DNA from: Mucilaginibacter sp.
Lineage (GTDB): Bacteria > Bacteroidota > Bacteroidia > Sphingobacteriales > Sphingobacteriaceae
NCBI GenBank assembly: GCA_028288085.1
Contig: JAQBOK010000023.1
Coordinates: 19-64,018, forward strand
Length of the DNA stretch: 64,000 nt
Direction: 5' to 3'
The translations under genes were made by a program, and so were the position numbers. The notes beneath the pieces are model-generated. The model was not told the DNA's origin and made no database searches. It worked only from the letters and a program-made list of their open reading frames with translations. Numbering within the stretch: the stretch's first letter is position 1; each line of letters starts with the position of its first letter. Below, one piece after another: positions 48,626-58,694 of the stretch.

Positions 48626-49075
48626 ATGAAAAAAATAGTAGACTACCGCAAGCTTTTAGGGGTAAATAAAGAAGCTGAATTAAAAGAATTAAAAACTGTT
48701 TACAGGAGTTTAATGAAAACCTGGCATCCTGATAAATTTCAGGATAGTGCCGAAACCAGGCTGGAAGCTGAAGAGAAAAGTAAAACAATTATTGAAGCCT
48801 ATCACTTTCTGGTAAGCATTGCTCCAGAAACACTTAACCAATCTGTTGAGGAATACAACAATACCACTGCCAGTTCTGGCATTTTGGATTTTGAATATAA
48901 ATCGCAGGTGCTTAAAATACATTTTGCAGATGGTAACGTGTATGAATATTTCGACGTGCCAAAGGAAGTTTACAGGAAACTGATCAACGCAGATTCTTCC
49001 GGCAGGTTTGCCCGCAGGCATATTTTTAATGCCTATGTTTACAGGAGCCTTAATAAACTGGTTGCTACGGCTTAA
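48626..49075 (+). CDS. DnaJ J-domain + KTSC-domain protein
   Basis: DYRKLLGV...YRSLMKTWHPDK (HPD motif)...IIEAY; then SSGI..FEY...L.IHF.DG.VYEYFDVP.EVY..L..A.S.GRF. Confidence 0.9.
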   Translation: MKKIVDYRKLLGVNKEAELKELKTVYRSLMKTWHPDKFQDSAETRLEAEEKSKTIIEAYHFLVSIAPETLNQSVEEYNNTTASSGILDFEYKSQVLKIHFADGNVYEYFDVPKEVYRKLINADSSGRFARRHIFNAYVYRSLNKLVATA

Positions 49076-49209
49076 AACTATTTGTTTTTAAGCTGATAAG
49101 AAGGAGATGTAAAATCCTCTTTACAAAGCGCATCGGCATAAAGGCGAGGTGGTGCCTGGCACGAATGCCTTCTTTGGGGTGAGTTGAATACGATTTCCTT
49201 AACTTAGTA

Positions 49210-49255
49210 ACACTTGTTGATAAACGCCGGCATCGCAGCGTATATCAACAAGTGT
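49210..49255. repeat. Long intergenic hairpin
   Basis: ACACTTGTTGATA/TATCAACAAGTGT perfect 13 bp, extended by ACGC/GCGT. Confidence 0.75.
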
Positions 49256-49730
49256 AATGTAATCAGCAGTGAATACACCGCCTCAGATATCGTTCCTAAA
49301 AAATTTACTCTGTACAGTTTTTCGGGTTATACGTTAGTTTTAGCAGTTGTTTGGCTTTAACTAAATATCCCATAGGCCAGGTTTAATAGCTTTCGGATTT
49401 AAAAATGGCCTGTTTTAAGCCTTTGTTATTAAAAAATCAGATTTGTTACCCTAACAAATAGTCCTTACATTTATACAACCAATAGTTGTAAGTAAATCCA
49501 TTTAAATTAAATTTTTGTTTTTATCATCAATAGCTTCCCAGCCGGTGGAGATGTTGTGTTAAATGATTTTTTTGAAAATACCGTGAAAACACGGGTTGAA
49601 TACTAACTAAATATTGGTAAGCTTTACGAAAGTTAAATCATTCCCTCATTAATCATTTTGGCTTAAGCATTTGAGTCGTAAACCGAGGGGAATTGCTAGC
49701 CGTTACATCTTGCTGATAGGGATTATTGTT

Positions 49731-52700
49731 ATGTCTAAACTTATTAAATTGAGAAAATCGGATTCCACATCTGATAATAATTCATCTGGCGGGCACAATG
49801 TTGTTAATCTCCTTTTTAGGAAACTTATCGAGAATAGCTACGAGGGGGTTACTTTACTGGATAAAGATCTGCAAATTATTTACCGAAGTAATTCAGCAGA
49901 GCGTATCAATGGTCTGAATACCGCTGACCGTTTAAAATATAACACTACCGCTTTAATCCATCCGGACGATGTGGAACGGGTTAAATTGTTGCTTGATGAA
50001 GTGCTTGTAAATCCCGGCCTGACCAAAACATGCACTTTCAGGTCAAAACATGGAGATGGGCACTTCATTTGGCTGGAATGTGTTTATACCAATATGCTTG
50101 ATGAACACGGGGTTAATGCCATAGTATGCAACTTCAGGGACATCTCAGAAAAAATACATGCCGACGAATTACTTCAGCTAACCATGCAGGAGTTATTCGC
50201 TTACAAATATGCATTGGATGAATCATCTATTGTAGCCATCACCGATCAAAAGGGGATCATAAGGCATGTGAATGAGAATTTTTGCCGGATATCCAAATAC
50301 ACGGCATCAGAACTCATCGGTCAAGACCACCGCATCATCAATTCAGGGTATCATGATAAAGCATTTATTCGCAATCTATGGGTAACTATTTCGAAAGGTG
50401 ATACCTGGAAGGGTGAAATAAAAAACAAGGCGAAGGACGGCACTTATTATTGGGTGGATACTACCATTGTGCCTTTTTTAAACGAAAAAGGCAAACCATA
50501 CCAGTACGTTGCAATAAGGGCAGATATTACTGAACGCAAGCTTAATCAGGAAAAAATTATTGAAAGCGAAAGCTTTATTAAAACCATCACCGATAATTTA
50601 CCGGCAATGATAGCGTATTGGAACGCAGATCTGCAATGTTTATTTGCCAATAAACCTTATATGGAATGGTTTGAAAAGAACCCGACTGAAATACTGGGTA
50701 TCAACAAACGTAACCTGCTTGATAAGGAAGAATTTGAGATGCATGCCGCGCATATTCAAAATGTTTTAAATGGCAAGCCCGAAAGCTTTGAACGTGCCTT
50801 TTACAAAAGTAATGGCGCAAAGATTTTTACACATACCCAATATTTACCAGATAAGCAGGATAGTGTCATCAAAGGCTTTTATTCCCTTGTTTATGATGTC
50901 ACGGAGATCAAACTTGCCGAGATTGAGGTAAAGAAAAAGACCGAACAGATAGAGAATATACTTGAAAGCATAACAGATGGTTTTGTTGCAATAGATAGAG
51001 ACACGCGTTATACCTATGGAAACAAAAGAATTGAAGAAATTTTCGGGGTGCCTGTATCAGCAATTTTGGGTAAAACGCTTTTAGAGGTTTACCCCGGGGC
51101 TACTGAAACCGAGACCTATAAGTCAATAAAAAAGGCGCTGCAAGAAAAGATATACGTATGTAACGACGATTATTATGCACCATATAATTTATGGCTCGAA
51201 AACAGGATATACCCTTCGGGCAGTGGGGTATCCATGTTCATCAGGGATATTACAGAACGAAAAAATGAAGAGCTGCAGAAATCTTTACTCTCTGAGATAA
51301 GTCTTATTTTTAATGAAACATTTGAATTAAAAGACACCCTCCAAAAAGTATTGGAACGGCTGGTTTATTTTGGCAATTTCGGTATGGCCGAAGCCTGGTT
51401 AATCGGTATCGACAAAAATATCATACAACTTACTGCCAGTTTCCCAAAAACCACCGAGCTGCAAGTTTTTTATGACGAAAGCAAAGAAATAAAAAGCTTT
51501 GTAAAAGGCCAGGGTTTGCCCGGGATAGCATGGGAGACACAAAAAGTACAGTTTTGGCGTGATGTTGATAAAAACGAACAATTTGTCCGTCGCACGGCGG
51601 CTAAGAAAGTTGGCCTCAAAACGGTATGTGGCATACCGCTGCAACATAATAAAGAAGTAATCGGCGTGTTGCTTCTCGGATCTACCAGGGACGAAAAACA
51701 AGAAACTGACTTTAATAAATTGGTTGGAAGCTTGAGTGATTATTTGGGAACCGAGATAAAACGTAAGCAACTGGAACAGGAATTGAAACAAGTATTTGAT
51801 TTTGCACCCGATATTCTTTGCATTGCCAATATTGACGGATACTTTAAGAAAGTTAACCCGGCTATGAGTGTTTTGCTTGAATATAACGAAGAGGAGTTAT
51901 TATCAAGGCCATTTATGGAGTTTGTTCACCCTCTAGACAAAGAGAAAACTGTTTCTGAATTGCAGAATATCATTACCGGTAAACCAACATACTATATTGA
52001 GAACCGGTACATCACAAAATCAGGCAAAATTAAATGGCTGGCGTGGACTACCACAGGGGCGTCTGAGCAGGGTATATTATATTGCTCGGCAAAAGATATT
52101 ACGGATAAAAAAGAATTAACAGAACTGCTTAATAAGGCGATAACGCTCGCCCGTATAGGCGCATGGGAAGTTGACCTCGTGAAGGGCATTGTTCATTGGT
52201 CGGATATAACCAGGGAAATTCATGAGACTGAACCCGGTTTTGAGCCTAATATAGAAGAAGCCTCCAATTTTTACAAAGAAGGAGAGAACCGGGAGACTAT
52301 TATTAAAATAATGGAGGCCGCTGCTATTAGAGGAACCCGTGCTGATGTTGAACTGCAAATTATTACTGCAAAAGGAAGAGCAAAATGGGTAAGGATCATT
52401 GTTGAAGCCGAATTTACAGATGGTAAATGTGAGCGGCTATATGGCAGTTTCCAGGATATTGATGATCGCAAAAGGGCTGAGATATCAGGAAAACAAGCCC
52501 TTGAGGAGCGGAATACCATATTGGAGAGTATTGATGACGCTTTTTTCGCTGTTGATAAAAATTGGGTGGTAACTTATTGGAACAATATGGCCGAAAATGT
52601 TTTGAAGACGCCCAGGGATAAAACCCTAAACCACAACCTGTGGGAAATATTTTCTGAATCAATTGATTCAAATTCCTATAAAAAATATCACCAGGCCCTT

Positions 52701-53564
52701 AAAACTAACCAGGCAGTTCACTTTGAAGATTATTATCCACCATTGCACAAATGGTATGAAATAAGCGCCTATCCTTCTGATAATGGTTTATCGGTTTACT
52801 TTAAAGATGTTACCGACCGTAAATTGTCTGATACGCTTTTGAGAGAACTGAATGTTAAGCTTCAAAAACATGCCAGGGAGCTGGCTATTTCAAATGCCGA
52901 GTTAGAACAATTTGCTTATGTAGCCTCGCATGATTTGCAGGAGCCGCTTAGAATGGTAACCAGTTTTATGAGCCAGTTGGAAAAAAAATATGGTGATGTG
53001 GTAGATGAGAAAGGCAGGCAGTACATACATTTTGCAGTTGATGGCGCTAAAAGGATGCGGCAAATAATTCTCGACCTGCTTGAGTTCTCGCGGGTTGGCA
53101 GAACAGAAGATGACCTGGAGGATGTGAATTTCAATAAGGTTGTTAATGAAATACTTGTGCTTTACCGAAGGCAGATAGAGGAGGTGCAAGCCAGTATTGA
53201 ATTTGAAAACTTACCAATAATTAAAACTTATAAAACGCCTGTAAGGCAGGTTTTCCAAAACCTGGTAAGCAATAGCTTAAAATACCATAGTGCTGATAGG
53301 GCTCCAGTAATTAGTATATCCTGTAAAGAAACCGGCACGCAATTTCAATTTACCATTAAAGATAACGGGATTGGTATTGCACCCGAATATTTTGATAAAA
53401 TATTTATCATTTTTCAGCGATTGCATAATAAAGATGAATATTCTGGCACAGGGATGGGCCTGGCAATTGCAAAAAAAATAATAGAAAATATGGGTGGCAA
53501 AATATGGGTTAAATCAGAAGAAGGCAAGGGCAGTACATTTTACTTTACCATGTTAAAAAAATAG
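49731..53564 (+). CDS. Multi-PAS/GAF sensor histidine kinase
   Basis: Several PAS repeats, one GAF (GLPGIAW...GIPL), HisKA EQFAYVASHDLQEPLR, HATPase (FQNLVSNSLKY, DNGIGI, GTGMGLAI); start probably ATG 49731. Confidence 0.93.
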   Translation: MSKLIKLRKSDSTSDNNSSGGHNVVNLLFRKLIENSYEGVTLLDKDLQIIYRSNSAERINGLNTADRLKYNTTALIHPDDVERVKLLLDEVLVNPGLTKTCTFRSKHGDGHFIWLECVYTNMLDEHGVNAIVCNFRDISEKIHADELLQLTMQELFAYKYALDESSIVAITDQKGIIRHVNENFCRISKYTASELIGQDHRIINSGYHDKAFIRNLWVTISKGDTWKGEIKNKAKDGTYYWVDTTIVPFLNEKGKPYQYVAIRADITERKLNQEKIIESESFIKTITDNLPAMIAYWNADLQCLFANKPYMEWFEKNPTEILGINKRNLLDKEEFEMHAAHIQNVLNGKPESFERAFYKSNGAKIFTHTQYLPDKQDSVIKGFYSLVYDVTEIKLAEIEVKKKTEQIENILESITDGFVAIDRDTRYTYGNKRIEEIFGVPVSAILGKTLLEVYPGATETETYKSIKKALQEKIYVCNDDYYAPYNLWLENRIYPSGSGVSMFIRDITERKNEELQKSLLSEISLIFNETFELKDTLQKVLERLVYFGNFGMAEAWLIGIDKNIIQLTASFPKTTELQVFYDESKEIKSFVKGQGLPGIAWETQKVQFWRDVDKNEQFVRRTAAKKVGLKTVCGIPLQHNKEVIGVLLLGSTRDEKQETDFNKLVGSLSDYLGTEIKRKQLEQELKQVFDFAPDILCIANIDGYFKKVNPAMSVLLEYNEEELLSRPFMEFVHPLDKEKTVSELQNIITGKPTYYIENRYITKSGKIKWLAWTTTGASEQGILYCSAKDITDKKELTELLNKAITLARIGAWEVDLVKGIVHWSDITREIHETEPGFEPNIEEASNFYKEGENRETIIKIMEAAAIRGTRADVELQIITAKGRAKWVRIIVEAEFTDGKCERLYGSFQDIDDRKRAEISGKQALEERNTILESIDDAFFAVDKNWVVTYWNNMAENVLKTPRDKTLNHNLWEIFSESIDSNSYKKYHQALKTNQAVHFEDYYPPLHKWYEISAYPSDNGLSVYFKDVTDRKLSDTLLRELNVKLQKHARELAISNAELEQFAYVASHDLQEPLRMVTSFMSQLEKKYGDVVDEKGRQYIHFAVDGAKRMRQIILDLLEFSRVGRTEDDLEDVNFNKVVNEILVLYRRQIEEVQASIEFENLPIIKTYKTPVRQVFQNLVSNSLKYHSADRAPVISISCKETGTQFQFTIKDNGIGIAPEYFDKIFIIFQRLHNKDEYSGTGMGLAIAKKIIENMGGKIWVKSEEGKGSTFYFTMLKK

Positions 53565-53570
53565 CAGATC

Positions 53571-53993
53571 ATGAAGGGGATAAATATTTTGTTTATAGAG
53601 GATAACGAAGGCGATATTTTGCTAACAACCGAGGCCTTTGAAGAAAGTAAGATAATTAATAATATCACAACGATAAGGGACGGTAAGGAGGCGATCAGAT
53701 TTTTTGAAACTTTAATAAAGAAGGAAGAAATACCCCACCTGGTTTTATTGGATATTAACCTGCCAAAAATAAGCGGTCACGAAGTGCTATTGTATATTAA
53801 AAATCACGAAAAGTATAAAAGCATACCGGTCATAATGTTAACTACTTCGTCATCTGAAAAGGATATTTTACAATCTTATAAAAACCACGTAAACTGTTTT
53901 ATAACAAAACCGATAGATGTATCTGATTTTATGAAGGCGATAACCAAAATTGAAGATTTTTGGATCAATATAGTTTCTATCCCGGCCAAATAA
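53571..53993 (+). CDS. Rcp1-type single-domain response regulator
   Basis: IEDNEGD, LLDINLPK, MLTTSS, NCFITKP. Confidence 0.92.
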   Translation: MKGINILFIEDNEGDILLTTEAFEESKIINNITTIRDGKEAIRFFETLIKKEEIPHLVLLDINLPKISGHEVLLYIKNHEKYKSIPVIMLTTSSSEKDILQSYKNHVNCFITKPIDVSDFMKAITKIEDFWINIVSIPAK

Positions 53994-53999
53994 ATTATC

Positions 54000-55103
54000 A
54001 TGCCCAATAAAGGTGATCATAATATTTTAGTTATTGAAGACAACCCCGGAGATTTTGCCCTGGTTGAAGAGTTTTTATTGGAACAAATTGAAGCGCCAAT
54101 AATTTCACATGCCCAGGATTATAAAGCTGCAAAAGAAATATTAGCTCACCGTGATCATCCATTTGATATTATACTCCTTGATCTTTCATTGCCCGATAAA
54201 ACCGGACTCCCTCTAATACAGGAGGTAATTGAGATAGCGTTAAATGCATCGGTCATAGTTTTAACCGGCTATGCTGATTTTGAATTTGGGGTAAAATCAC
54301 TTTCAATAGGTGTGTCAGATTATATTTTAAAGGAGGAAATAACTTCTTTATCGCTTTACAAAAGTATTGTGTACAGTACCGAACGTAAAAAAATAATATC
54401 AGCCCTTGAAATATCCGAAATGCGTGCCAGAAGCTTCGCAAAGCAGTTAAATAATGTTTTAGAGGAAGAACGGGCACGGATTGCACGTGAAATTCATGAT
54501 GAGTTTGGCCAGCAATTATCAGGGCTGAAAATGTCGTTAACATCATTAAAAAAAAATGAAGGCGTTCGCAGCGATGTTGCTCCCATTATTGATGTTATAG
54601 TAGCAGATGTGAATACCAGCATACAATCTTTAAGGCAAATTGCTAATGAATTGCGCCCTGTATTAATTGATAAGTTGGGATTATTTGCTGCTATAGAGTG
54701 GCTTGTTAGTGAATTTGAAAAAAAAACCGGGATCTCCAGCCGTATTTACGTGGATATAGATCAGCCTGTAATTAATAAAATGCTCGAAATAAATATTTTT
54801 CGCATTTGCCAGGAAGCGTTAACCAATATCACCAAACATGCAGAGGCTACCATGGTAAATTTCCGGATAGAAAACAACACCCAGATATTGACGATCAGAA
54901 TAATTGATAACGGTAAAGGTATTAAAGCCAGCACTTTACATAACCCGCTATCAATGGGCCTATTAAACATGCGGGAGCGTGCTAATCTTATAGGGGCAGA
55001 AATAAATATTACCAGTTCGTTTGATAAAGGGACTGTTATTGAGCTTATAGTAAGTACAAATGGCAAGGAAAATATTAATAGCCGACGATCATTCAGCAAT
55101 TAG
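54000..55103 (+). CDS. Receiver + HisKA_3 histidine kinase
   Basis: REC (IEDNPGD, LLDLSLPD), then EEERARIAREIHDEFGQQL, LRPVLID, RICQEALTNI, DNGKG, GLLNMRERA. Confidence 0.92.
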   Translation: MPNKGDHNILVIEDNPGDFALVEEFLLEQIEAPIISHAQDYKAAKEILAHRDHPFDIILLDLSLPDKTGLPLIQEVIEIALNASVIVLTGYADFEFGVKSLSIGVSDYILKEEITSLSLYKSIVYSTERKKIISALEISEMRARSFAKQLNNVLEEERARIAREIHDEFGQQLSGLKMSLTSLKKNEGVRSDVAPIIDVIVADVNTSIQSLRQIANELRPVLIDKLGLFAAIEWLVSEFEKKTGISSRIYVDIDQPVINKMLEINIFRICQEALTNITKHAEATMVNFRIENNTQILTIRIIDNGKGIKASTLHNPLSMGLLNMRERANLIGAEINITSSFDKGTVIELIVSTNGKENINSRRSFSN

Positions 55104-55692
55104 GATCGGTGTAAAACAAATTTGCGCTGCCGAATTCCCATCACTTCAGTTTGGCGAGGCGGTAAATTATGCAGAAGTATTTCAAAGGCTAAAAGAAAGC
55201 GATTGGGATATTCTAATACTTGATATTGACTTACCGGGCAGAAGCGGGCTGGATATTTTAAAACAGATAAAAACAGAAAAAATAAAAGTGCCTGTTTTAA
55301 TGTTCAGTTTTCATAGCGAAGAACAGATCGCACTCAGGGCATTAAAAATTGGAGCCTCTGGTTACCTGTCAAAAGAAGCTGCCGATATGGAATTAATTAA
55401 AGCGATTAATAAGATTATGGATGGCAAAAAGTACGTGTCACAAGCACTTTCAGAAAAATTACTTGACATGCTTGATGATAGTTCAAATAAAGAACCCCAC
55501 GAACTTTTGTCAGATAGGGAGTATCAAACACTGCTTCTGATCGCATCCGGAAAAGGGGTGTCGGAAATTGCTGATATACTTTGCCTCAGTACACCTACCG
55601 TCAGTACGTACCGAGCACGTATTCTTGAAAAAATGAAACTCAAAAATAATGCAGAACTAATTACCTATGCGATTAGTCAGAAGTTAGTATAG
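55060..55692 (+). CDS. NarL/LuxR-family response regulator
   Basis: LIADDH, ILDIDLPGRSG, GYLSK; LSDREY...IA..L.LS..TVSTYRARILEKM. Confidence 0.93.
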   Translation: MARKILIADDHSAIRIGVKQICAAEFPSLQFGEAVNYAEVFQRLKESDWDILILDIDLPGRSGLDILKQIKTEKIKVPVLMFSFHSEEQIALRALKIGASGYLSKEAADMELIKAINKIMDGKKYVSQALSEKLLDMLDDSSNKEPHELLSDREYQTLLLIASGKGVSEIADILCLSTPTVSTYRARILEKMKLKNNAELITYAISQKLV

Positions 55693-55701
55693 CTGCCAGG
55701 G

Positions 55702-55722
55702 TTGTAGACCAAACAACTACAA
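55702..55722. promoter_or_regulatory. Palindromic candidate operator TTGTAG-N9-CTACAA
   Basis: Inverted hexamer just downstream of the NarL-type gene and upstream of a small ORF. Confidence 0.35.
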
Positions 55723-55793
55723 GATTTTCATAATTGCGTCTATAATTCGCTAGCATCATATTTAACAACTTTGATTTGTTAAATAATTAGCTC

Positions 55794-56028
55794 ATGAAAA
55801 ATCCCATAGAACTTTATTATTTGTATTGCTTGAATATGCAATGCCATGTTTCCATTTATCATCGCATGGTGGAACTTCGTGTCCCTTTTACTGCCGAAAA
55901 CCTGACGGCAACGCATATCTGCTCGTTGCAATCAGCCATTGGTTTCTTTAATGGATATTGAAATAGGGAGTGCGATGGCGGGGACTGGTGCTAAAAGGAG
56001 CAATAAGGTAAATCATCTAAGTAATTAG
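55794..56028 (+). pseudogene. Small Cys-rich (putative Zn-finger) protein, apparently frameshifted
   Basis: MKNPIELYYLYCLNMQCH...HICS (stop 55961 in this frame); another frame continues CNQPLVSLMDIEIG...N* to 56028. Confidence 0.45.
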
Positions 56029-56097
56029 TAAATATTATAAGATCAAATGCGGAAACCTGGCCGCTTGCGGATTAACCTAATTGTTGAATACTAAAAA

Positions 56098-57135
56098 TTG
56101 AGAAAAATGACAACGGATAAAAAAGAGTTTAATATTTTGATTATCGAGGATAACCCTGGAGATTTTGTCCTTGTAGAAGATTTTTTAGTTGAACAAATAG
56201 AGGTAGTTACATTAATGCAGGCAATAGACTTTAAGGAAGCGCAAGAGATACTATCGGCCGGGATATTTAAATTTGATGTTATTCTTTTAGATCTTTCACT
56301 GCCAGACAAATCCGGCTTGCCACTCATTAGGGAGATTGTTGAATTAAGTTTAAATACACCTGTAATAGTTTTAACGGGATACGCTGATTCGGCCTTTGGG
56401 GTAAAGTCCCTTTCATTAGGGATTGCTGATTATATCTTGAAAGAGGAGTTAACTGCCAGCTCATTATACAAAAGTATAGTATACAGTTCTGAGCGTAAAA
56501 AAGCGATTTCAGCGATTGAAGAGTCAGAAAAAAAATACAGCGAACTATTCCATTTGAGTCCATTGCCAATGTTTGTATTTGAGTTAGAAACATTGATTTT
56601 TTTAGATGTGAATGAAGCATTTATAAGGCATTACGGCTATACCAGGGAAATGCTTTTGATGATGAATTTGAAAGAAATAAGATCACAGGAAGAAATTCCT
56701 GCATTTGAAATGGCGCTATTAAAATTTAACAAAGATCCAATTAATAATAGTTTAGGAATATTTAAACATTTAAAGAAAAACGGAGAGGTCATCAGTGTAG
56801 AAATTCAAAGTAATTTTATCAATTATAAAGGGATAAATGCAAGGGTTAGCATTGCAACGGATATTACCGAAAGATTAAATTACATCAAAGAGATAGAGGA
56901 ACAAAATAGAAAACTGAGCGAAATATCGTGGATACAATCACATATAGTAAGGGCGCCGCTTGCCCGGATCATGGGGCTTGTTAACATTATAAAAGATTTA
57001 AAAGATGAAGATGAGAAAAGAAGAATGTTTGAATATCTCTTATTATCTGCTGACGAACTTGATAAAGTTATAAGGGAAATAACAGATAAAACAATAGTAG
57101 CTGAAGATGAAATATCTTTTACGAACGTGTCTTGA
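56098..57135 (+). CDS. Receiver + PAS + HisKA-like protein lacking an HATPase domain
   Basis: REC, PAS (PLPMFVF, VNEAF), then EISWIQSHIVRAPLARIMGLV, ending about 50 aa later; ATG alternative at 56107. Confidence 0.88.
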   Translation: MRKMTTDKKEFNILIIEDNPGDFVLVEDFLVEQIEVVTLMQAIDFKEAQEILSAGIFKFDVILLDLSLPDKSGLPLIREIVELSLNTPVIVLTGYADSAFGVKSLSLGIADYILKEELTASSLYKSIVYSSERKKAISAIEESEKKYSELFHLSPLPMFVFELETLIFLDVNEAFIRHYGYTREMLLMMNLKEIRSQEEIPAFEMALLKFNKDPINNSLGIFKHLKKNGEVISVEIQSNFINYKGINARVSIATDITERLNYIKEIEEQNRKLSEISWIQSHIVRAPLARIMGLVNIIKDLKDEDEKRRMFEYLLLSADELDKVIREITDKTIVAEDEISFTNVS

Positions 57136-57167
57136 GTATGTGGCGTAACTCTCCTGCCGATAAAATC

Positions 57168-57521
57168 TTAAAATTTCATCTTGTTTTCTGCAAACTGGCA
57201 TACACCATCTAAAATGCAGCTTAACTCTGTTCCTTTATCTGTCAGGCTATATTCTGTGCGTGGAGGATTGCCCGGTATATAGCTTTTATGAATTAATTCG
57301 TGCTGTTCCAAAAACTTTAACCTGTCAGCAAGAATATGATCACTAATGTGTTCTAAATTCTCTTTCAAGCTTGTAAAACGGTTATTGCCTTCTTCAATAC
57401 CAAACAGCACTTCGGTCATCCATCGCTTGCTTAACAAATATATTAATTCGTTAAGTGCACATTTTTCTTCCAAAAATGATTGATTATAAAAATTTGTGGA
57501 ACTGAGCTTTCTCTCTGCCAT
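57168..57521 (-). CDS. HxlR-family regulator
   Basis: LLSKRW, RFTSL, ISDHILADRLK.LE, PPRTEYSLT.KG; divergent from the AKR. Confidence 0.88.
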   Translation of the reverse strand: MAERKLSSTNFYNQSFLEEKCALNELIYLLSKRWMTEVLFGIEEGNNRFTSLKENLEHISDHILADRLKFLEQHELIHKSYIPGNPPRTEYSLTDKGTELSCILDGVCQFAENKMKF

Positions 57522-57684
57522 AGCTAACCTTTTAATGAGTGCCTAATTACTTAGTAAGTTATTGATGCAAAGAACCATTTATTGTTCCTTTGTTGCTGTC
57601 TTTAATAATATAGTAACGTATAGTTAAGCAAAGTTATTTTATAAGGACTAATTAACAAAAAATGTATTTTAAATTAACTCAACT

Positions 57685-58680
57685 ATGAAATACCGGAAAT
57701 TAGGAAACACAGACTTGCAACTTTCAGAGGTAACTTTTGGGGCATGGGCAGCCGGGGGCTGGATGTGGGGCGGTACAGAAAAAAAAGATGCGATTAAAGC
57801 CATCAGGGTCTCTTATTCGCTGGGGGTAACATCAATTGATACGGCGCCTATTTACGGGCAGGGAGCAAGTGAGGAAATTGTTGGCGAGGCCATTAAGGGC
57901 ATACCACGTGATAGCTTTCAGATACTGACCAAATATGGCATGCGCTGGGATTTGAAAAAAGGGGATTTTGCCTTTAGCAGTAAGAATAATAACGGCAGTG
58001 ATATTGATATCTATAAATATGCGGGTAAGGAAAGTATAATTAAAGAATGTGAAGACAGCTTAAGAAGATTAGGCACAGATTACATTGACCTTTATCAAAT
58101 TCACTGGCCCGACTCTACAACACCTATTGAAGAAAGCATGGAAGCTGTTTGCCGGCTTATTGAACAAGGGAAAGTATTGCATGCAGGAGTTTGCAATTAT
58201 GATGTGGCCCAGTTGGAAGAGGCCACAAAGTATATCCCCCTGGTATCAGACCAGGTTCCTTATAGTATGGTAAAACGGGATATTGAAACAGAACTTGTTC
58301 CGTATTGCATCGAAAATAATAAATCTATATTGGCATACAGCCCACTGGAGCGCGGGCTATTAACCGGGAAGATGCAACCCGGATACAAATTTTCTGAAGG
58401 TGATCACCGTAAAAGCGTCTCGTTTTTTAAGGATGAAAATTTAAAACAAACTAATGATTTTTTAAATCTAATAAGGCCCATTGCCGATGACAAACATATA
58501 ACCCTCGGGCAATTAGTTATTCTATGGACACTTCAACAGCCTGGAATTACTATTGCCCTGGTTGGCGCACGGAATTATGAACAAGCTATTGAAAATGCGA
58601 AAGCAATAGACAACAGTTTAAGTAAAGAGGAAACGGATTTGATTTCGGCGCATCTTGCTTCTCTTGAATTAGTACTTTAA
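57685..58680 (+). CDS. Aldo/keto reductase
   Basis: YRKLG, IDTAPIYG, ILTKYG, SLRRLGTDYIDLYQIHWPD, AYSPLERGLLTGK. Confidence 0.94.
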   Translation: MKYRKLGNTDLQLSEVTFGAWAAGGWMWGGTEKKDAIKAIRVSYSLGVTSIDTAPIYGQGASEEIVGEAIKGIPRDSFQILTKYGMRWDLKKGDFAFSSKNNNGSDIDIYKYAGKESIIKECEDSLRRLGTDYIDLYQIHWPDSTTPIEESMEAVCRLIEQGKVLHAGVCNYDVAQLEEATKYIPLVSDQVPYSMVKRDIETELVPYCIENNKSILAYSPLERGLLTGKMQPGYKFSEGDHRKSVSFFKDENLKQTNDFLNLIRPIADDKHITLGQLVILWTLQQPGITIALVGARNYEQAIENAKAIDNSLSKEETDLISAHLASLELVL

Positions 58681-58694
58681 ATTACTTGGGAAAA

